NCBI GenBank assembly: GCA_043745325.1
Contig: JAYTTL010000343.1
Location: 1 to 47,426, forward strand
Direction of reading: 5' to 3'
DNA length: 47,426 nucleotides
Source of the DNA: Actinomycetes bacterium
Lineage (GTDB): Bacteria > Actinomycetota > Actinomycetes > Nanopelagicales > Nanopelagicaceae
Shown here: piece by piece, positions 42,100 to 47,426 of the stretch
How the letters are laid out: each line of letters starts with the position of its first letter
Numbering within the stretch: position 1 is the first letter of the stretch
Made by a program: the position numbers and the translations under genes
Notes under the pieces: generated by a model
What the model was told of the DNA's origin: nothing
Database searches by the model: none
What the model saw: the letters and a program-made list of their open reading frames with translations, nothing else

Positions 42100-43782
42100 A
42101 TGAATTATCCCCATCCAGATTTAGGTCTTCCTTCTAAGTTAGCCGCCGGCGGCTTGCGCATCGTGGCCTTAGGTGGGCTTGCCGAAATTGGCCGCAATAT
42201 GACGGTCTTTGAAACTAAAGGAAAACTTCTCATTGTCGATTGTGGTGTGTTATTTCCCGAAGACACACAGCCCGGTATCGATTTAATATTGCCTGATTTT
42301 TCATATATTCGTGATCGCCTCAGCGATATTGTTGGATTATTTTTAACCCACGGCCATGAAGATCACATCGGCGCAGTGCCATATCTGCTTCGCGAACGTG
42401 GCGATATTGCAGTGTATGGTTCAGCGCTGACTTTGGCATTAGTGAGTGCAAAATTAAAAGAGCACCGTATATCACCACTTACGCGTGAAGTTCGTGAAGG
42501 TGGACATGAAGATGTCGGTCCATTTGAACTCGAATTCGTGGCAGTTAACCACTCCATCCCAGATGCACTGGCAGTTGTTATCAATACGCAAGCAGGTCGA
42601 ATTTTGCACACTGGTGATTTTAAAATGGATCAACTTCCATTGGATGGGCGTATTACAGATTTGCGAACTTTTGCCCGCCTTGGCCAAGAAGGTGTCGATC
42701 TATTCCTTGTTGATTCAACGAACGCCGATGTTCCTGGATTCACACCATCTGAGCGCGAAATTATGCCCGCACTAAATCGTGTAATCGCATCAACAAAGCG
42801 TCGCGTTATTGTCGCGTCATTTTCCTCTCATGTTCACCGCGTCCAGCAAGTAATCGACATTGCAGCTGCTCATGGCCGTAAAGTTGTTTTTATTGGCCGT
42901 TCGATGGTGCGCAATATGAAGATTGCCGAAGATATGGGTTATTTAACCGTACCTGCAGGCGTATTAATGGATGTGAAGAATCTCGACTCTTTTGATGACA
43001 ATGTGGTTTTAATCTGCACGGGTTCACAGGGTGAGCCAATGGCAGCGCTTGCGCGCATGGCTAATGGAGATCATCAAATTCGAGTGGGTGAGGGCGATAC
43101 CGTAATTTTGGCATCCTCGCTTATTCCAGGAAATGAAAACTCAGTCTTTAGAATTATTAATGAACTGACACGTTTTGGTGCAAAAGTTGTTCATAAAGCA
43201 AATGCCATGGTTCATGTCTCTGGACATGCAGCAGCTGGCGAGCTCTTGTACTGCTACAACATTGTCAAACCTAAGTATGTTTTGCCGATACATGGTGAGT
43301 GGCGACATTTAAAGGCAAACGCCGAACTTGCAATTTCCTCTGGAGTAGAGCGCAGTAATGCATTAATAATTGAAAATGGAATCGTTGTCGATCTTATAGA
43401 CCACGAGGCTTCAGTAGTAGGCGCAGTACCTTGTGGTTTTGTTTATGTTGATGGACAGAGTATTGGTGATATTACTGAAATGTCATTGAAAGATCGACGG
43501 ATTTTGGGTGAAGAAGGATTCATTTCAGTTATTGTAGTTATTGATTCACAAAGCGGAAAAATAGTTGCGGGTCCGGATATACACGCACGCGGTTTTAATG
43601 AAGATATGGCGCTTTTTGATGATGTTAAACTTAAGATAGAGAAGGCTTTAGCGACCGCCGTAGTTGATGGCATCAATGGAACACATCAACTTTCACAAAT
43701 TGTGCGCAAAACAGTTGGTGGCTGGGTAGGTGGAAAACATCGCAGGAAACCGATGATCATTCCCGTTGTTATTGAGGTCTAA
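42100..43782 (+). CDS. rnj: Ribonuclease J
   Basis: LGGL.EIGRN, THGHEDHIG, HTGDFK, TGSQGEP and HVSGH motifs. Confidence 0.98.
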   Translation: MNYPHPDLGLPSKLAAGGLRIVALGGLAEIGRNMTVFETKGKLLIVDCGVLFPEDTQPGIDLILPDFSYIRDRLSDIVGLFLTHGHEDHIGAVPYLLRERGDIAVYGSALTLALVSAKLKEHRISPLTREVREGGHEDVGPFELEFVAVNHSIPDALAVVINTQAGRILHTGDFKMDQLPLDGRITDLRTFARLGQEGVDLFLVDSTNADVPGFTPSEREIMPALNRVIASTKRRVIVASFSSHVHRVQQVIDIAAAHGRKVVFIGRSMVRNMKIAEDMGYLTVPAGVLMDVKNLDSFDDNVVLICTGSQGEPMAALARMANGDHQIRVGEGDTVILASSLIPGNENSVFRIINELTRFGAKVVHKANAMVHVSGHAAAGELLYCYNIVKPKYVLPIHGEWRHLKANAELAISSGVERSNALIIENGIVVDLIDHEASVVGAVPCGFVYVDGQSIGDITEMSLKDRRILGEEGFISVIVVIDSQSGKIVAGPDIHARGFNEDMALFDDVKLKIEKALATAVVDGINGTHQLSQIVRKTVGGWVGGKHRRKPMIIPVVIEV

Positions 43783-43833
43783 ACGCGGCGAGCCTAGCCA
43801 AGTGAAAATTGTGCATCCTTTAGGATTGTCAGT

Positions 43834-46146
43834 GTGGCTAAACGTAAGAGATCCAAGAGCAAGACTGGCACCGTTGGTGGTGCTCTGGCCCGAGGATTAG
43901 TCGCAATCTGGCGATTTATTGCCAAAACTCTTGGAAGTAGTATCCGATTTGTAGCTCGCGGGGCACGAGATTTAGATCCGGCGCATCAGCGCGATGGAAT
44001 CGCTTTTTTAATATTAATTCTTGCGCTTATTGCAAGTGCTAGTGCGTGGTTTCACGCCGATAATATTCTGAGCCACGGCGTTTACGCTTTTATTTTCGGT
44101 GGTTTTGGTCGGATTGGTTTTGTTACACCGATTGCACTGACTTATTTCGCAATTAAATTATTTAGAAGCCCGCAAGACAAAAGAGCTATTGGGCGAGTTG
44201 TCGTCGGTACCCTCGCCCTGCTTATATCTTCTACAGGACTTGCGCATTTACTCAATGGCTCTATCGGTACAGGTGCAACAGCAATGCGACATGGTGGCGG
44301 GTGGATTGGATATGGAGTTACAACACCATTAGTTGCGGCTATGACGTCGGTGCTTACTTATCCGGTTTTAGTAATTCTCTTCATCTTTGGTTTGCTTGTT
44401 GTCACTGCAACTTCGGTAGGAAGCGTATTCAAACAAATTGGCGTAACTTCGTCGTGGCTCTGGTCAAAGCGTCCAGAGCGGCGCACCAATGTCGAAGCGT
44501 TTGAAGTAAGCGATACACCGGCATTTGAATCACCAATCGTGGCGGCCTGGAATGATCAAGAACCAGATGACGAAGAGTTAGACGAGGAGAGTTTTGATGA
44601 GGAATTTACCGTTCCAATTCCGATTTCACCCCTAATAACCCATTCAAATAAGCGACCCGAGCAACTTTTATTGACCCCAGACTCAACATATGAACTTCCG
44701 CCAGCTGATTTGCTTAGATCTGGCCCACCTGCAAAGGCAAAAAGCAAAGCTAATGAAGTCGTAGTTGCTGCATTGACTGAAGTCTTTTCACAGTTTGAAA
44801 TCGATGCTCAAGTCACTGGCTTTATGCGTGGCCCCACTGTGACTCGTTATGAGATAGAACTAGGCAACGCAGTAAAAGTTGAGCGTATTACCGCCCTTGC
44901 AAAAAATATCTCCTATGCCGTTGCAAGTGGAGATGTTCGTATTCTCTCACCAATTCCCGGCAAATCTGCGGTGGGAATTGAAATTCCTAATGCAGACCGT
45001 GAAATAGTTGCATTGGGCGATGTCCTTCGCTCTTCGGTAGCAGGTCAAGATCATCATCCAATGTTAGTTGCCCTCGGGAAAGATGTTGAAGGCAACTTCA
45101 TTTGTGCCAACCTTGCAAAGATGCCACATCTTCTTGTTGCTGGTGCAACGGGTGCTGGAAAATCTTCAATGATTAACGCAATGATTATTTCAATTCTTGT
45201 CCGATCAACTCCTGACGACGTTCGTTTAGTCTTAATTGATCCTAAACGCGTTGAGTTGACGGCTTATGAAGGAATTCCGCATTTAATAACGCCAATTATC
45301 ACGAGCCCCAAAAAAGCTGCGGATGCACTTACGTGGGTCGTACGTGAAATGGATTTACGTTATGAAGATCTCTCCACTTTTGGTTTTAGACATATTGATG
45401 ATTTCAATAAGGCCGTACGTGCAGGAAAGGTAGTTCCACCCGAAGGTAGTGACCGTACGGTGGAGCCGTATCCCTATTTATTAGTAATTATTGATGAACT
45501 TGCAGACCTCATGATTGTGGCAGCAAAAGAGGTTGAAGAGTCGGTAGTGCGTATTACTCAGTTGGCTCGATCTGCTGGTATTCACTTAGTTTTGGCGACC
45601 CAACGTCCATCAGTTGATGTAGTCACGGGCTTAATAAAAGCAAATGTTCCTTCTCGTCTTTCTTTTGCTACAAGTTCTTTGGCCGATAGTCGAGTCATCT
45701 TGGATACACCGGGTGCTGAAAAATTGGTGGGTCAAGGTGATGCTCTATTTATTCCAATGGGTGCCAGTCGTGCCATACGCATTCAAGGCGCTTATGTTTC
45801 AGAGCGTGAGATTGAAGCGGTGACAGCCCATGTTAAGAAACAACTGAGGCCAAGATATCGGGATGATGTGACGGCACCGGTAAACAACTTTAAGTTGGTA
45901 GATAAAGAGATTGGTGATGATTTAGATATTCTCTGTCAAGCAGTCGAATTAGTTGTCACCACACAGTTCGGGTCTACATCGATGTTGCAGCGAAAACTGC
46001 GCATCGGTTTTGCAAAGGCTGGGCGAATGATGGATTTGATGGAGTCTCGCGGAATTGTTGGGCCCTCAGAAGGCTCCAAAGCCCGTGTAGTAATGGTCAA
46101 AGCCGACGAACTCGATTCAGTATTAGCAACCCTCCGCGGTTATTGA
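43834..46146 (+). CDS. ftsK: DNA translocase FtsK
   Basis: N-terminal transmembrane domain; PHLLVAGATGAGKS, IDPK, IDELADLM, ATQRPSVDV motifs; gamma domain. Confidence 0.98.
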   Translation: MAKRKRSKSKTGTVGGALARGLVAIWRFIAKTLGSSIRFVARGARDLDPAHQRDGIAFLILILALIASASAWFHADNILSHGVYAFIFGGFGRIGFVTPIALTYFAIKLFRSPQDKRAIGRVVVGTLALLISSTGLAHLLNGSIGTGATAMRHGGGWIGYGVTTPLVAAMTSVLTYPVLVILFIFGLLVVTATSVGSVFKQIGVTSSWLWSKRPERRTNVEAFEVSDTPAFESPIVAAWNDQEPDDEELDEESFDEEFTVPIPISPLITHSNKRPEQLLLTPDSTYELPPADLLRSGPPAKAKSKANEVVVAALTEVFSQFEIDAQVTGFMRGPTVTRYEIELGNAVKVERITALAKNISYAVASGDVRILSPIPGKSAVGIEIPNADREIVALGDVLRSSVAGQDHHPMLVALGKDVEGNFICANLAKMPHLLVAGATGAGKSSMINAMIISILVRSTPDDVRLVLIDPKRVELTAYEGIPHLITPIITSPKKAADALTWVVREMDLRYEDLSTFGFRHIDDFNKAVRAGKVVPPEGSDRTVEPYPYLLVIIDELADLMIVAAKEVEESVVRITQLARSAGIHLVLATQRPSVDVVTGLIKANVPSRLSFATSSLADSRVILDTPGAEKLVGQGDALFIPMGASRAIRIQGAYVSEREIEAVTAHVKKQLRPRYRDDVTAPVNNFKLVDKEIGDDLDILCQAVELVVTTQFGSTSMLQRKLRIGFAKAGRMMDLMESRGIVGPSEGSKARVVMVKADELDSVLATLRGY

Positions 46147-46213
46147 TTCCAATTGACCCTAGTTGTTCAAATCCAATCCTCCCTTTTACTACTCAAGATC
46201 AACATATAAGTTC

Positions 46214-46219
46214 TATAAT
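46214..46219 (+). promoter_or_regulatory. -10 element for the RodZ-like gene
   Basis: Perfect TATAAT about 42 nt upstream of ATG 46262; SD AAGGA. Confidence 0.5.
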
Positions 46220-46261
46220 TAAGCCTGATCTTTAACGGTTTTCATTCTAAGGAAGTCACGC

Positions 46262-47068
46262 ATGTCGCTCGGTTCCTTGATAGTGAAGGCACGAATAGAT
46301 GCCTCCGTTTCTATCGATGAATTAGCACAAGCAACCAATATCCGTTTGACACTTTTGAGAGAGATTGAAGCCGATAATTTTTCTCATTGCGGCGGAGATA
46401 CCTATGCCCGCGGCCATGTGCGCAATATTGCTCGGGCACTCAAGAGTGATGAAAATGAGTTTTTAAGAGTCTTTGACCTTGAACAAAGAGGTGAAGAACG
46501 TTCGATGCAATCTCTGTTAATTGAGACTAATGTTATGCGTCAACCTAAAAGCGGACGACAAGTTTCATGGAAAGTGCTGATTGCGATCTCTATTGCTTCA
46601 CTTGCAATAGTTGGTGGTATCCAAATCGTATTATCAAATAATTCAAATTCTAATCCTACGATTGTTATACCCGCTGTTACGGCAAATCCAACTCCTGTGG
46701 CAACTGCGAGCCAATCTCCGACAGTCTCTGCGACTCCTACAGCAAGTGCCAGTGCATCGCCCTCGGCAACTTCTTTGCAGAGTCCACCTGTCAAGCCAGT
46801 CGACTCTTTTTCAACGGGCATCGGTGTCGAAGTCATAGTGAATGCGGTGCGAGCAAAGACGTGGCTGTTTGTATCAGATGCTTCGGGTCGAACTCTATTT
46901 AGTGGTGAGATTTCCAAGGGTTTTGTTCAGACATACACAACTAGTGAGCGACTAGATTTGAGGATAGGTAACGCAGGGGGAGTCGATTTACAAGTAAATG
47001 GCAAAGCAGTCCCCGCCATTGGAGCAAATGGTGCAGTAGTAAGCGTCTCGTATGGAGTTAATTCATAA
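46262..47068 (+). CDS. RodZ-like protein (HTH, transmembrane segment, S/T/P linker, DUF4115)
   Basis: IE.DNFS.CGGD.YARGHVRNIA HTH; C-terminal LRIGNAGGVDLQVNG; located between ftsK and rimO. Confidence 0.88.
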   Translation: MSLGSLIVKARIDASVSIDELAQATNIRLTLLREIEADNFSHCGGDTYARGHVRNIARALKSDENEFLRVFDLEQRGEERSMQSLLIETNVMRQPKSGRQVSWKVLIAISIASLAIVGGIQIVLSNNSNSNPTIVIPAVTANPTPVATASQSPTVSATPTASASASPSATSLQSPPVKPVDSFSTGIGVEVIVNAVRAKTWLFVSDASGRTLFSGEISKGFVQTYTTSERLDLRIGNAGGVDLQVNGKAVPAIGANGAVVSVSYGVNS

Positions 47069-47086
47069 CACGATAAGATTTGGGCA

Positions 47087-47426
47087 ATGAATCGTACAGT
47101 TGCAGTTGTCACTTTAGGGTGCTCACGAAATGAAGTAGATTCCGAGGAGCTCGCTGGCCGGTTGGCCGCCGATGGTTGGATATTAGTCAACGATGTTGAA
47201 TCGGCTGAAGTTGCATTGGTTAATACGTGTGGATTTATCGAATCAGCCAAAAAAGACTCTATTGACGCTCTTTTAGAGGCACATTCGCTCAAAGGCCATG
47301 GCACAACGCGGGCCGTGGTCGCAGTTGGATGCATGGCCGAGCGATATGGACAAGAGTTAGCTAACGCATTACCCGAAGCCGATGCAATTTTAGGCTTTGA
47401 TGACTATAAAGATATCTCGGCGCGCC
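47087..47426 (+). CDS. rimO: Ribosomal protein S12 methylthiotransferase RimO (partial, runs off the window)
   Basis: Not in the ORF track. Manual translation gives [26 protein letters not shown]...[14 protein letters not shown]...[10 protein letters not shown]. Confidence 0.93.
   Translation, partial: MNRTVAVVTLGCSRNEVDSEELAGRLAADGWILVNDVESAEVALVNTCGFIESAKKDSIDALLEAHSLKGHGTTRAVVAVGCMAERYGQELANALPEADAILGFDDYKDISAR

Noticed and set aside
46640-46800. Ser/Thr/Pro/Ala-rich quasi-repeat in the RodZ-like gene
   Set aside because: Ordinary flexible extracytoplasmic linker; no exact DNA repeat unit.
46927-47334. 135-aa minus-strand ORF
   Set aside because: Antisense to the RodZ-like gene and to rimO, which is clearly encoded on the plus strand from 47087.

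Overview
Core-genome segment of a streamlined, moderate-GC actinobacterium. Gene content, order, short intergenic spacers and IF2/PNPase style suggest a freshwater acI (Nanopelagicales)-like organism; this taxonomy is inference. The backbone runs rpsB-tsf-pyrH-frr-cdsA-rlmN, a polyamine uptake/catabolism cluster, dxr-rseP-ispG-proS, a TauE exporter, rimP-nusA-infB-rbfA-truB-ribF, rpsO-pnp-M16 peptidase-dapB, a mycoredoxin-like gene, azlCD, thyX-dapA-rnj-ftsK, a RodZ-like gene and rimO (partial). Two insertions break the usual synteny. (1) Between pyrH and frr is a reverse-strand 2-oxoacid:ferredoxin oxidoreductase operon (gamma, alpha, beta) whose fourth gene is a DsrL/GltD-like flavoprotein with PorD-like ends. 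(2) Between ribF and rpsO is a decaying island with AbiE-like toxin-antitoxin remnants, an intact thiolase and a multiply broken kup pseudogene. The most notable non-coding signal is a relay of four ATGA-coupled mini-ORFs running from the nusA stop codon to a GU-rich hairpin in front of the infB ribosome-binding site. Also seen: a probable non-AUG start for truB, many leaderless-type promoters, and rpsB, rpsO and Actino-pnp leaders. No rRNA, tRNA, CRISPR array or intact transposase was recognised.
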